From a virus, in IMG/VR virus record IMGVR_UViG_3300020455_000014, positions 3,275 through 67,274 of that record: 64,000 nt of DNA; one strand, 5' to 3'. Both the position numbers and the translations under genes were made by a program. How positions within the stretch are numbered: position 1 is the stretch's first letter; each line of letters starts with the position of its first letter. Below, piece by piece: positions 55,877-64,000 of this stretch. Below the pieces are notes generated by a model. That model saw only the letters and a program-made list of their open reading frames with translations, ran no database searches and had not been told where the DNA came from.

Positions 55877-58348
55877 ATGGCCATAGAAAAAGGATTATAT
55901 CAAGCACCGCAAGGTATCCAACCAACACCTAATGGTGCGGATATGGAGATCGAAATTGTTAATCCAGAAATGGTAACAATGGATGATGGTAGTGTAGAAG
56001 TAACTATTATTCCTGGGATGGAGAACGCAGGTACGGGTGGTTTTGACGAAAATATCGCTGAAACTTTAGAAGATAAAGAGTTGAATTTACTGTCAAATGA
56101 TATTGTAGAGATGGTAGATTCTGACGTGGATAGTCGAAAAGACTGGGCAGACACATTTGTAAGGGGGCTGGACGTTCTGGGGTTCAAATATGAAGAACGT
56201 ACCGAACCTTGGGAGGGTGCGTGTGGAGTTTATTCTACAGTATTAGCCGAAGCAGCTATTAGATTCCAAGCGGAAACAATGAGCGAAACATTCCCTGCAG
56301 CAGGTCCTGTCAAGACTAAAATACTAGGGGAAGAGACAAAAGACAAAGAAGAAGCAGCTGCTCGTGTAAAAGCAGACATGAACTATGAACTTACTGAACG
56401 TATGGTAGAATATAGACCTGAACATGAAAGATTATTGTATAGTTTAGGGTTAGCAGGTTCTGCTTTTAAGAAAGTTTACTATGATCCTAATTTAGGTAGA
56501 CAATGTGCTGTTTATATACCTGCAGAAGATGTTATTGTACCTTATGGTGCTTCTAACATAGAAACAGCAGAACGTGTTACTCATGTAATGCGAAAAACAA
56601 AGAATGAGTTAAAGAAGCTACAAATGAACGGTTTTTATCGTGATGTAGACTTAGGAGAACCTCAATCCTTTCATACTGATATTGAAGAGAGAAAAGCTGA
56701 AGAAGGGGGGTATTCCCTTACAGATGATGAAAGATTTACATTATATGAGGTACATGCCGACTTAGTTATAGAAGGAATAGATGGTTCTGAAGATGAAATT
56801 GCTAAACCTTACATTGTTACTATAGAACGAGGTTCTAGCGAAATTTTATCTATAAGAAGAAACTGGAACCCAGATGACCAGTTAATGTTAAAAAGACAAC
56901 ATTTTGTACATTACGTTTATGTACCAGGGTTTGGTTTTTATGGACTTGGATTAATACATATCATAGGAGGTTATTCTCGTGCAGGAACTTCAATCATTCG
57001 TCAGCTTGTTGATGCTGGCACTCTCTCTAATCTCCCAGGGGGTCTTAAATCTCGTGGATTACGTATTAAAGGAGATGCTGCGCCTATTGAACCAGGGGAG
57101 TGGAAAGACGTAGATGTACCCTCTGGTAGTATCCGAGACAACATTATGGCTCTACCTTATAAGGAGCCAAGTCAAACATTACTAGCTTTATTAGATAAAA
57201 TAACAACAGAGGGCAGAAGACTAGGTGCTATCAGTGATATGAACATATCTGATATGTCAGCTAACGCTCCAGTTGGTACAACTCTAGCTATTTTAGAGCG
57301 TACCCTTAAACCTATGGCAGCCGTACAGGCTCGTGTACATTATGCAATGAAACAAGAGTTTAAGCTCTTAAAAGCCATAATGACACAATATGCACCGAAA
57401 GAGTATTCTTACGTACCTCACCGTGGGGAGATGAGTGCACGTCAAGCAGATTATACGATGACTGATGTGATACCAGTGTCTGATCCTAACAGCTCTACGA
57501 TGGCACAAAGAGTTGTACAATACCAGACTGTGTTACAAATGGCAGCACAAGCACCACAAATATATGATCTACCGCAGTTACATAGGCAAATGATAGAAGT
57601 CCTTGGTATTAAAAACGCAGATAAACTTGTTCCAACAAAAGATGATGCTGTACCTGCAGATCCTATCAGTGAGAATATGGATGCTCTTAATGGTAAACCG
57701 TTAAAAGCTTTCATGTATCAAGATCATGACGCACATATACAGACTCATATGACTTTCTTACAAGATCCTATGATGGCACAGATGGTAAACCAGAACCCAC
57801 AAGCCAAACGTATATTAGCAGCTACACAAGCTCACATTGCTGAACACCTTGGTTTTAAGTATCGTAGGCAGATTGAAGAAGAACTTGGAGCACCTCTACC
57901 AGCACCTGGTGAGGAGTTACCAGAAAGTGTTGAAGTCAATCTTTCTCAATTGGTGGCTCAAGCAGGGGCACAACTAACACAAAAACATATGCAGGAGATG
58001 GCAGCTAAGAAAGCTATGGAGAAAGCTAAAGATCCTGTTATACAAATGCAACAGCAAGAAATGCAGATTAAACAAGCTGAAGTACAACGTAAAGCAGCTA
58101 AAGATCAGGCTGATGTATCTATAGAACGTGCTAAATTAGAACTTGAAGCAAAAGAAAAAGGTATTAAGTTAGCAAAAGATAAACAAGAGTCTCAAAATAA
58201 GATGGAGATGGATATATTTAAAACACTTCAAGCAAGTCAAGACAAAGCTAGATCAGAACAGACTAAAGCAAGATCTGAAGCTAACAAGTTAAGACAAGCA
58301 GCAGCTATGCAAGCAGCAAAACCTCAACCTGAAAAGAAGGAAAAGTAA
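55877..58348 (+). CDS. Portal protein (P22-like, long C-terminal helical barrel)
   Basis: 823 aa after terL; GSAFKKVYYD, GFYGLG, Gln/Ala/Lys coiled-coil C-terminus. Confidence 0.85.
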   Translation: MAIEKGLYQAPQGIQPTPNGADMEIEIVNPEMVTMDDGSVEVTIIPGMENAGTGGFDENIAETLEDKELNLLSNDIVEMVDSDVDSRKDWADTFVRGLDVLGFKYEERTEPWEGACGVYSTVLAEAAIRFQAETMSETFPAAGPVKTKILGEETKDKEEAAARVKADMNYELTERMVEYRPEHERLLYSLGLAGSAFKKVYYDPNLGRQCAVYIPAEDVIVPYGASNIETAERVTHVMRKTKNELKKLQMNGFYRDVDLGEPQSFHTDIEERKAEEGGYSLTDDERFTLYEVHADLVIEGIDGSEDEIAKPYIVTIERGSSEILSIRRNWNPDDQLMLKRQHFVHYVYVPGFGFYGLGLIHIIGGYSRAGTSIIRQLVDAGTLSNLPGGLKSRGLRIKGDAAPIEPGEWKDVDVPSGSIRDNIMALPYKEPSQTLLALLDKITTEGRRLGAISDMNISDMSANAPVGTTLAILERTLKPMAAVQARVHYAMKQEFKLLKAIMTQYAPKEYSYVPHRGEMSARQADYTMTDVIPVSDPNSSTMAQRVVQYQTVLQMAAQAPQIYDLPQLHRQMIEVLGIKNADKLVPTKDDAVPADPISENMDALNGKPLKAFMYQDHDAHIQTHMTFLQDPMMAQMVNQNPQAKRILAATQAHIAEHLGFKYRRQIEEELGAPLPAPGEELPESVEVNLSQLVAQAGAQLTQKHMQEMAAKKAMEKAKDPVIQMQQQEMQIKQAEVQRKAAKDQADVSIERAKLELEAKEKGIKLAKDKQESQNKMEMDIFKTLQASQDKARSEQTKARSEANKLRQAAAMQAAKPQPEKKEK

Positions 58349-58629
58349 TGGCTAAATCTCCAGCATGGCAACGTAAAGAAGGTAAATCTAAGAGCGGGGG
58401 GCTAAATGCGAAAGGAGTCGCTTCTTATAGAAAGGCGAACCCAGGCTCTAAATTAAAAACAGCGGTTACAACAAAACCGTCAAAACTAAAGAAGGGTTCT
58501 AAGGCTGCAAATAGGAGAAAGTCCTTTTGTGCTAGAATGGAGGGAATGAAAAAGAGGAGGACAAGTGCAAAGACCGCACGAGATCCAGATTCTAGAATCA
58601 ATAAATCATTAAGGAAGTGGAATTGTTAA
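58348..58629 (+). CDS. Small basic protein (DUF6321-like)
   Basis: GGLNAKG...RRKSFCARM...SRINKSLRKWNC. Confidence 0.65.
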   Translation: MAKSPAWQRKEGKSKSGGLNAKGVASYRKANPGSKLKTAVTTKPSKLKKGSKAANRRKSFCARMEGMKKRRTSAKTARDPDSRINKSLRKWNC

Positions 58630-58782
58630 ATGGCTAAAAAAGGTTTATATGCAAATATTCATGCTAAAAGAAAAAGAATTAAAGCAGGGAGTGGAGAGAA
58701 GATGAGGAAACCTGGAGCAAAAGGAGCTCCTACCGCTGCTAACTTTAAACGTTCAGCTAAAACAGCTAAAAAGAAAGGTTAG
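58630..58782 (+). CDS. 50-aa basic protein (not in ORF track)
   Basis: MAKKGLYANIHAKRKRIKAGSGEKMRKPGAKGAPTAANFKRSAKTAKKKG; fills the gap exactly. Confidence 0.65.
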   Translation: MAKKGLYANIHAKRKRIKAGSGEKMRKPGAKGAPTAANFKRSAKTAKKKG

Positions 58783-58784
58783 TA

Positions 58785-58982
58785 ATGGCAAAAACCGTCT
58801 TTGACGTGCTAAAAGAAAAAATCGAAGTTGACAAGCAAACAGCAATAGATTTTCTTGCAAAAGCAGGAGCAAAAGATTTTTCAGAATATAAAGAGTTAAC
58901 TGGTCTTATTCGGGGTCTGGAGACTAGTTTATCACATATTGAAGACCTCTCGCGCAACTATATGGAAGATGAAGATGAGTGA
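58785..58982 (+). CDS. Hypothetical head-module protein
   Basis: 65 aa; AKDFSEYKELTGLIRGL. Confidence 0.65.
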   Translation: MAKTVFDVLKEKIEVDKQTAIDFLAKAGAKDFSEYKELTGLIRGLETSLSHIEDLSRNYMEDEDE

Positions 58983-59397
58983 AATAAAAGTAACAGAAGA
59001 GAACCCACAATCAGCAAAAATATATACTTATGACCCGAATATGTCGGATGATGAGTTAGAAGTTCAATTACCTAAACCTGTAGGGTATAGAGTCCTTGTA
59101 GCTATGCCTGAAATAGAAAAAACCTTTGATGGTACAAATGTGTTAAAAACAGATGCAGCTATGCACAATGAACACATTATGTCTATTATAGGTATGGTAT
59201 TGGATATGGGAGACCAAGCATATAATGATAAAGAAAGGTTTCCAGATGGTCCTTGGTGTAAAACAGGAGACTATGTAATGTTTCGTGCCAATACGGGTAC
59301 AAGATTTAAAGTGGCTGGTGTAGAGTATCGTTTAATGAATGATGATTCTATCGAAGCCGTAGTAGCCGACCCTCGCGGTGTAACGAGAGCAATATAG
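58975..59397 (+). CDS. groES: Co-chaperonin GroES-like protein
   Basis: PKPVGYRVLV, GMVLDMG, GDYVMF, YRLMNDDSIEAVV; probable ATG at 58975. Confidence 0.85.
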   Translation: MSEIKVTEENPQSAKIYTYDPNMSDDELEVQLPKPVGYRVLVAMPEIEKTFDGTNVLKTDAAMHNEHIMSIIGMVLDMGDQAYNDKERFPDGPWCKTGDYVMFRANTGTRFKVAGVEYRLMNDDSIEAVVADPRGVTRAI

Positions 59398-59407
59398 GAG
59401 ATAGCAT

Positions 59408-60424
59408 ATGGCAATAGAAAAAGTAGAGTATAGCTTTCCTCATGAAGATGAGGATGAAAAAGTTATAGAGGTAGAACCTTCTTCTGCAGAAGAAATTAAA
59501 AAAGCTAAGAAGGAAGAGCCTGAAAAAGTAAAGGTTGAAGTTGAAAAACCGAAAGAAAAAGAAGTAGAAATCGAAGTTGTCGATGATACTCCTAAAGCAG
59601 ATAGGAATAGAAAACCTTCTGCTCCTCCAGAAGATTTAACAGATGAAGAGCTTGAACAGTATTCGGACAAAGTTCGCAATAGGATTAAGCATTTTAGTAA
59701 AGGTTATCACGATGAACGTAGAGCAAAAGAAGCCGCTTCTCGTGAACGCCAAGAGCTAGAAAATTATGCTAAATCTATTATGGAAGAGAATAATAAGCTT
59801 AAGGGTGATTTAACTAAAAACCAAGAAGCTCTTTTAAAACAAGCAAAGTATAATGTTGAAGAGGATCTAAAAAAAGCCAAAGCAGCTTACAAAGTAGCCC
59901 ATGAGTCTGGTGATTCTGATGCTCTTTTGGCAGCACAAGATGCTCTTACTACTGCTAAGCTAAAAACTGATAAATTAGCAGATATAAAAATACCTACTTT
60001 ACAACAAACAGATAATAATGTAAAACTAGATACTAATAGTGCCCCTAAGCCAAAACCAGCCGATGAAAAAGCTGTGGCATGGTCAAAGCAAAATCCTTGG
60101 TTTGGGTCGGATGACGAGATGACAAGTCTTGCCATGGGGGTACATACGAGACTTGCAAAGCAGGGTGTAGACCTGCAGAGCGATGAATACTACGATGCTA
60201 TAAATGCACGTATGCGAGAAGTGTTTCCAGATAAGTTTGAGAGCACTGACAAACCAGAGGCCGAAGGGTCAAAAAAGCAGTCGAATGTGGTTGCCCCCGC
60301 AACGCGGAGCACAGCACCTAAAAAGGTGCGATTAACGCAAACACAGGTACAGATTGCTAGGAAGCTCGGAGTGCCACTAGAACTATACGCCCAAAAGGTT
60401 GCAGAAGAAATGAGGAAAACATAA
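59408..60424 (+). CDS. Capsid scaffolding protein
   Basis: Acidic N-terminus, coiled coil, W...NPWFG, C-terminal LTQTQVQIARKLGV..E.YA; upstream of the capsid genes. Confidence 0.7.
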   Translation: MAIEKVEYSFPHEDEDEKVIEVEPSSAEEIKKAKKEEPEKVKVEVEKPKEKEVEIEVVDDTPKADRNRKPSAPPEDLTDEELEQYSDKVRNRIKHFSKGYHDERRAKEAASRERQELENYAKSIMEENNKLKGDLTKNQEALLKQAKYNVEEDLKKAKAAYKVAHESGDSDALLAAQDALTTAKLKTDKLADIKIPTLQQTDNNVKLDTNSAPKPKPADEKAVAWSKQNPWFGSDDEMTSLAMGVHTRLAKQGVDLQSDEYYDAINARMREVFPDKFESTDKPEAEGSKKQSNVVAPATRSTAPKKVRLTQTQVQIARKLGVPLELYAQKVAEEMRKT

Positions 60425-60873
60425 TGGCTGAAAATCGAATAAACCGTGAAACTACGACACGAGAAAAAGTAGAACGAAAAAAAGCCTGGACAAGACCAGA
60501 GGTTTTACCCTCGCCAAATCCTGAGCCAGGATACTCGTTTAGATGGATTCGTGTTGCAACACAGGGTCAAGTCGATCCAACCAATGTGTCCTCGAAATTA
60601 CGTGAAGGTTGGGAGCCTGTAAAGGCAGTAGACCATCCAGAAATTACAATGGCAACTATCGAGAATGATAAATTCAAAGATAACATTGTGATTGGTGGTT
60701 TAATGCTTTGTAAAGCTCCAAAAGAATTGGTCGTAGAAAGAACTGAACATTTTGCAAAGCAAACAGAAGGTCAAATACAATCAGTTGATAACAACCTTAT
60801 GAGAGAAAATGACCCTAGAATGCCATTATTTCATGATCGCAAGTCTAAGGTTACTTTTGGAACTGGCAATTAA
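60424..60873 (+). CDS. Head-module protein
   Basis: 149 aa; GYSFRWIR...REGWEPV...GGLMLCK. Confidence 0.65.
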   Translation: MAENRINRETTTREKVERKKAWTRPEVLPSPNPEPGYSFRWIRVATQGQVDPTNVSSKLREGWEPVKAVDHPEITMATIENDKFKDNIVIGGLMLCKAPKELVVERTEHFAKQTEGQIQSVDNNLMRENDPRMPLFHDRKSKVTFGTGN

Positions 60874-60899
60874 ATTTTAGTTAATAGGAGACTAAACAC

Positions 60900-61502
60900 A
60901 TGGCTTGGCCTACAATAGACGGTCCTTACGGATTAAAACCCGTCAACAAGCTTGGTGGTACGCCTTTTGCTGGAGCTACGAGACATTTTGCTATCGCTTC
61001 TGGTTATAATACCAATATCTTCAATGGAGATGTTGTAAAGCTATTAAACGATGGTACTATCGCTCGTGACGCTATCACAACGGCTACTACTAATACTGTT
61101 GGCGTTTTTTTAGGGGTTACTTATACAAACCCTACTACTTCGCAACTTACCTTTAGTCAATACTACCCTGCAAATACAGCAGCTTCTGATATTAGAGCTT
61201 ACGTCTGTGACGATCCAACAGCTCTATTTAAAGTAGTTTCTTGTACTGCTGGTGGTACAACAGTTACTGCTGTCGGCAGAACTGCTATAGGTAATAATAT
61301 AAAACTAGTGAATAACACTGGTTCAACCGTGACTGGTAATTCTAAAGTCGCTATGGATTCTGGAACTGCTACAACTAACACTTTCCCAATGAAAGTTATT
61401 GATGTTGTAGAAGACACTGCAAATGCTGCAGGTAACTTCGTAGAGTTCATCGTAACTTGGAACTTTGGTATGCACCAGTACCATAAAGCATTAGGAGTAT
61501 AG
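60900..61502 (+). CDS. Capsid decoration / minor capsid protein
   Basis: 200 aa; PYGLKPV, IFNGD.V, GVFLG, V.DDP; directly upstream of the major capsid gene. Confidence 0.65.
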   Translation: MAWPTIDGPYGLKPVNKLGGTPFAGATRHFAIASGYNTNIFNGDVVKLLNDGTIARDAITTATTNTVGVFLGVTYTNPTTSQLTFSQYYPANTAASDIRAYVCDDPTALFKVVSCTAGGTTVTAVGRTAIGNNIKLVNNTGSTVTGNSKVAMDSGTATTNTFPMKVIDVVEDTANAAGNFVEFIVTWNFGMHQYHKALGV

Positions 61503-61505
61503 ATC

Positions 61506-62414
61506 ATGGCTATAAGTAGAGCACAACTCTTAAAAGAACTCCTCCCTGGTTTAAACGCTTTGTTTGGATTAGAATATGCTAAATATGGTGAGGAACACGC
61601 AGAGATTTTTGAAAGTGAATCATCTGACCGTTCTTTTGAGGAAGAAACCAAACTTTCAGGCTTTTCAGCTGCACCAGTCAAAGACGAAGGTTCTGCCATC
61701 GAGTATGACAATGCACAAGAAGCCTTTACATCACGCTATAACCACGAAACCATTGCTATGGGTTTTTCAATTACTGAAGAAGCAATTGAAGATAACTTGT
61801 ATGATTCACTATCATCTCGTTATACCAAAGCTCTAGCTCGTGCTATGGCATACACTAAGCAAGTAAAAGCAGCTAACATTCTAAATACTGCTTTCGCTGC
61901 GGGTACTACTTATGGAGATGGTAAGTCACTTTGTGCTACCGATCACCCATTAATTTCTGGTGGTACTAACTCAAACGAGCCTGCTGTTGCAGCTGACCTA
62001 AACGAAACTTCACTAGAAGCAGCCGTTATTCAGATTGCAGCCTGGACAGATGAGCGTAGCTTGCTAATTGCTGCTAGACCAAGAAAACTAATAATCCCAC
62101 CAGCACTACAGTTTGTTGCTACAAGATTGTTAGAAACAGAAGGTCGAGTAGGAACAGCAGACAACGATCTCAACGCATTACGTAACAATGGTTCTATACC
62201 TGAAGGTTATGCCATCAACCATTATCTAACTGATACAGATGCTTGGTTCTTGATGACAGATGTACCTAACGGTCTAAAGCACTTTACACGTAGTCCAATG
62301 TCAACATCTATGGATGCTGACTTCGATACAGGTAATTCAAGATATAAAGCTAGAGAAAGATATTCCTTTGGTGTATCCGATCCGCTAGGTATCTTTGGCT
62401 CACCTGGAGCGTAA
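61506..62414 (+). CDS. Major capsid protein (Mu gpT-like HK97 fold)
   Basis: 302 aa; ELLPGL, EG..I.YD, ITEEAIEDNLY, GDG..L....HP, KLIIPP.L, RERYSFG..DP; followed by a terminator. Confidence 0.9.
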   Translation: MAISRAQLLKELLPGLNALFGLEYAKYGEEHAEIFESESSDRSFEEETKLSGFSAAPVKDEGSAIEYDNAQEAFTSRYNHETIAMGFSITEEAIEDNLYDSLSSRYTKALARAMAYTKQVKAANILNTAFAAGTTYGDGKSLCATDHPLISGGTNSNEPAVAADLNETSLEAAVIQIAAWTDERSLLIAARPRKLIIPPALQFVATRLLETEGRVGTADNDLNALRNNGSIPEGYAINHYLTDTDAWFLMTDVPNGLKHFTRSPMSTSMDADFDTGNSRYKARERYSFGVSDPLGIFGSPGA

Positions 62415-62439
62415 GAGATCACAAATTGTGTTTTATAGA

Positions 62440-62470
62440 GGGGGCGGTGAAAATCGCCCTTTCTTTTTTG
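62440..62470 (+). terminator. Intrinsic terminator after the capsid gene
   Basis: GGGGCGGU-gaaa-AUCGCCCU stem then UUCUUUUUU. Confidence 0.85.
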
Positions 62471-62545
62471 TTTTTTATATCGTATAGTAAATTATCCCTG
62501 ACAACTACGCAGTGTAGTTGACTTAAACTGACAGAGGAGACAAAG

Positions 62546-63007
62546 ATGGGAACAACTACTTTTTCTGGTCCTATAAGGACTGGTACTATTAAAGAAGGAG
62601 CAAATGCTAATATAGGATATGCTCTATCTATGCAAGCTCATACCATAGACTGTTCAAGTGGAGCTATTGGGCAATCAGACACAGCAATGATTATACCTGC
62701 TAATTCAGCTATTGTTGACGTTGTTATTGATGTAATATCTGCTATTGGAACTGCACCTGCCGTTGTAAGCTTAGGAACGTCTGGTGGTAATGATAACACT
62801 ATTCTAGATGGCTTTTCTTGTGCAACAGGTGCTGGTCAAATTGGACGTAAGTACCCTACAACTGAAGCTGGTGCTACAAGAGGTTGGGCTAACATTGGAA
62901 CTTCTGATCTTAAAGTAACTGTAAAGACTACAGGAGCTTCGGATGCAGGATCTATTAGAATAACTATAGTTTATGCTCAAGCTTATAATACTACTGTCCA
63001 ACCGTAG
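62546..63007 (+). CDS. Virion structural protein (head-associated)
   Basis: 153 aa; MGTTTFSGPIR...IPANSAIVDV; GAGGAG RBS. Confidence 0.65.
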   Translation: MGTTTFSGPIRTGTIKEGANANIGYALSMQAHTIDCSSGAIGQSDTAMIIPANSAIVDVVIDVISAIGTAPAVVSLGTSGGNDNTILDGFSCATGAGQIGRKYPTTEAGATRGWANIGTSDLKVTVKTTGASDAGSIRITIVYAQAYNTTVQP

Positions 63008-63022
63008 GATAGGAGATAAATT

Positions 63023-63310
63023 ATGGGTTTTAGATTAGGTGATTCCGACATAGAAGCGGTCACTGTGACCGCAACAGGCACAGTAAAAAATGGCCGTAAC
63101 AGACTGAAAACACTAGCTTTAAAATCTGCAAGTAGTGGTAGCCCTAGAGTTGTTCTAAAGAACGCTGCAACAGGGGCTACTCTGCTTGACATGTCTTTTA
63201 ATACTAGTGATGATTTCTACATGAACCTTCCTGGGTCAGGTATTTTGTTTAAAGATGAATGTCATGTTACATTAACAAATGTGGACTCTTTTACAGGATT
63301 CTTTGGATAG
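63023..63310 (+). CDS. Small beta-rich virion protein
   Basis: 95 aa, AGGAG RBS. Confidence 0.6.
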   Translation: MGFRLGDSDIEAVTVTATGTVKNGRNRLKTLALKSASSGSPRVVLKNAATGATLLDMSFNTSDDFYMNLPGSGILFKDECHVTLTNVDSFTGFFG

Positions 63311-63318
63311 GAGAAAAA

Positions 63319-63795
63319 ATGTCAAGTTTAGCAAAAAAATTAAATGTCCAAGAACTTAGCGAAGGTATAGCAGACGATAAAAATAGGTTCTCTCATCTCG
63401 GTAAGTTCGGTAAGAAAAAAATTAAGGAAAACCGAAAAGAACGGGATAAAAAATATAAGTCTATGAAGAACTTAATAAAGGATACTGGCGTAAATGCTAT
63501 GGCAGCTAAAAGTTTTGGTACTAATTACCCCGAAGGTGCTTATGATGCTGAACCTGTTAGTGTATATGAAAACATTGCAAAAGGTCAAGATAAACGTATA
63601 AGAAAAAAAGCAGGTAGGACTTCATACCGTCCTCCAGGAATGGGTCCTATTAAAGACTTTACATCTCCACCAAAAGAAGAAGCTTCAATTATAGAAAGAA
63701 AATACGGTGGGGGTATCCAAAAAATGAAGAACGGTGGTAAACCCCGCGGTTGCGGTGTTGCTCAAAAAGGCATAAGACCAACTAGAATGGTATAA
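63319..63795 (+). CDS. Basic protein with xxGG motifs
   Basis: ATG 63319 with AGGAG RBS; KYGGG...MKNGGKPRGCGVAQKG. Confidence 0.6.
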   Translation: MSSLAKKLNVQELSEGIADDKNRFSHLGKFGKKKIKENRKERDKKYKSMKNLIKDTGVNAMAAKSFGTNYPEGAYDAEPVSVYENIAKGQDKRIRKKAGRTSYRPPGMGPIKDFTSPPKEEASIIERKYGGGIQKMKNGGKPRGCGVAQKGIRPTRMV

Positions 63796-63797
63796 CT

Positions 63798-64000
63798 ATG
63801 GCTACTACAGGTACTACAGCTTTTGATATGGACTTCACAGAGATTGCTGAAGAAGCATGGGAGCGTACTGGCCTAGAGATGCGTACGGGATATGACTTAC
63901 GTACTGCTCGTAGGTCAATGAATCTAATGTGCATTGAATGGCAGAACCGTGGTTTAAATCTTTGGACTATAGATCAAAAGACCAAAGCACTGGTATCAGG
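63798..64000 (+). CDS. Head-tail adaptor / tail protein (5' part, runs off the window end)
   Basis: MATTGTTAFDMDFTEIAEEAWER.G...GYDLRTARRSMNLM..EWQNRGLNLWT. Confidence 0.65.
   Translation, partial: MATTGTTAFDMDFTEIAEEAWERTGLEMRTGYDLRTARRSMNLMCIEWQNRGLNLWTIDQKTKALVS

Noticed and set aside
1409-63192. Numerous overlapping or antisense ORFs in the track (e.g. 2050..2631, 27717..28376, 53776..54354, 61199..61711)
   Set aside because: They are shadows of longer, motif-bearing genes, with biased composition and no RBS.
1-64000. Stop-codon reassignment, introns or inteins
   Set aside because: TAA, TAG and TGA all end tightly packed genes under the standard code. Terminase, polymerase, helicase and capsid ORFs are uninterrupted and of ordinary size.

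Overview
The window is a nearly complete, circularly permuted, AT-rich dsDNA tailed-phage genome of P22-like podovirus architecture, probably aquatic; the host cannot be assigned from the sequence. It starts and ends inside the virion module. The + strand at 53.6-64 kb and 1-33.5 kb carries terminase, portal, GroES, scaffold, capsid, tail/fibre adaptors, three beta-propeller adhesins, a holin and M15 endolysin, a tail nozzle and large internal (ejection) proteins. The - strand at 33.5-53.2 kb carries early and replication genes: PD-(D/E)xK nuclease, SleB-type hydrolase, primase-DUF927 helicase, SSB, HTH protein, SNF2 helicase, Cas4-like nuclease, family A polymerase (Leu762 type), VRR-NUC and a MoxR-like AAA + metallopeptidase/vWA pair. 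No integrase, CI-type repressor, tRNA, reverse transcriptase or CRISPR array was recognised. The most notable unexplained signals are non-coding. (i) A self-contained ~61-nt candidate sRNA has its own promoter, terminator and an anti-SD seed complementary to several phage RBSs. (ii) Two intergenic structured RNA elements share CUAG...UCCGAAAAGGG, and one has a predicted kissing loop. (iii) An iteron + IHF origin-like locus lies next to duplicated palindromic operator-like repeats. Protein-level patterns include a thrice-repeated 'AMxxxxG tail / adaptor' fibre-docking module, recurrent xxGG motifs in internal proteins, an array of clamp-binding-like motifs and a small protein ending like an SSB tail. 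All family assignments come from motif recognition by eye; no database searches were run.
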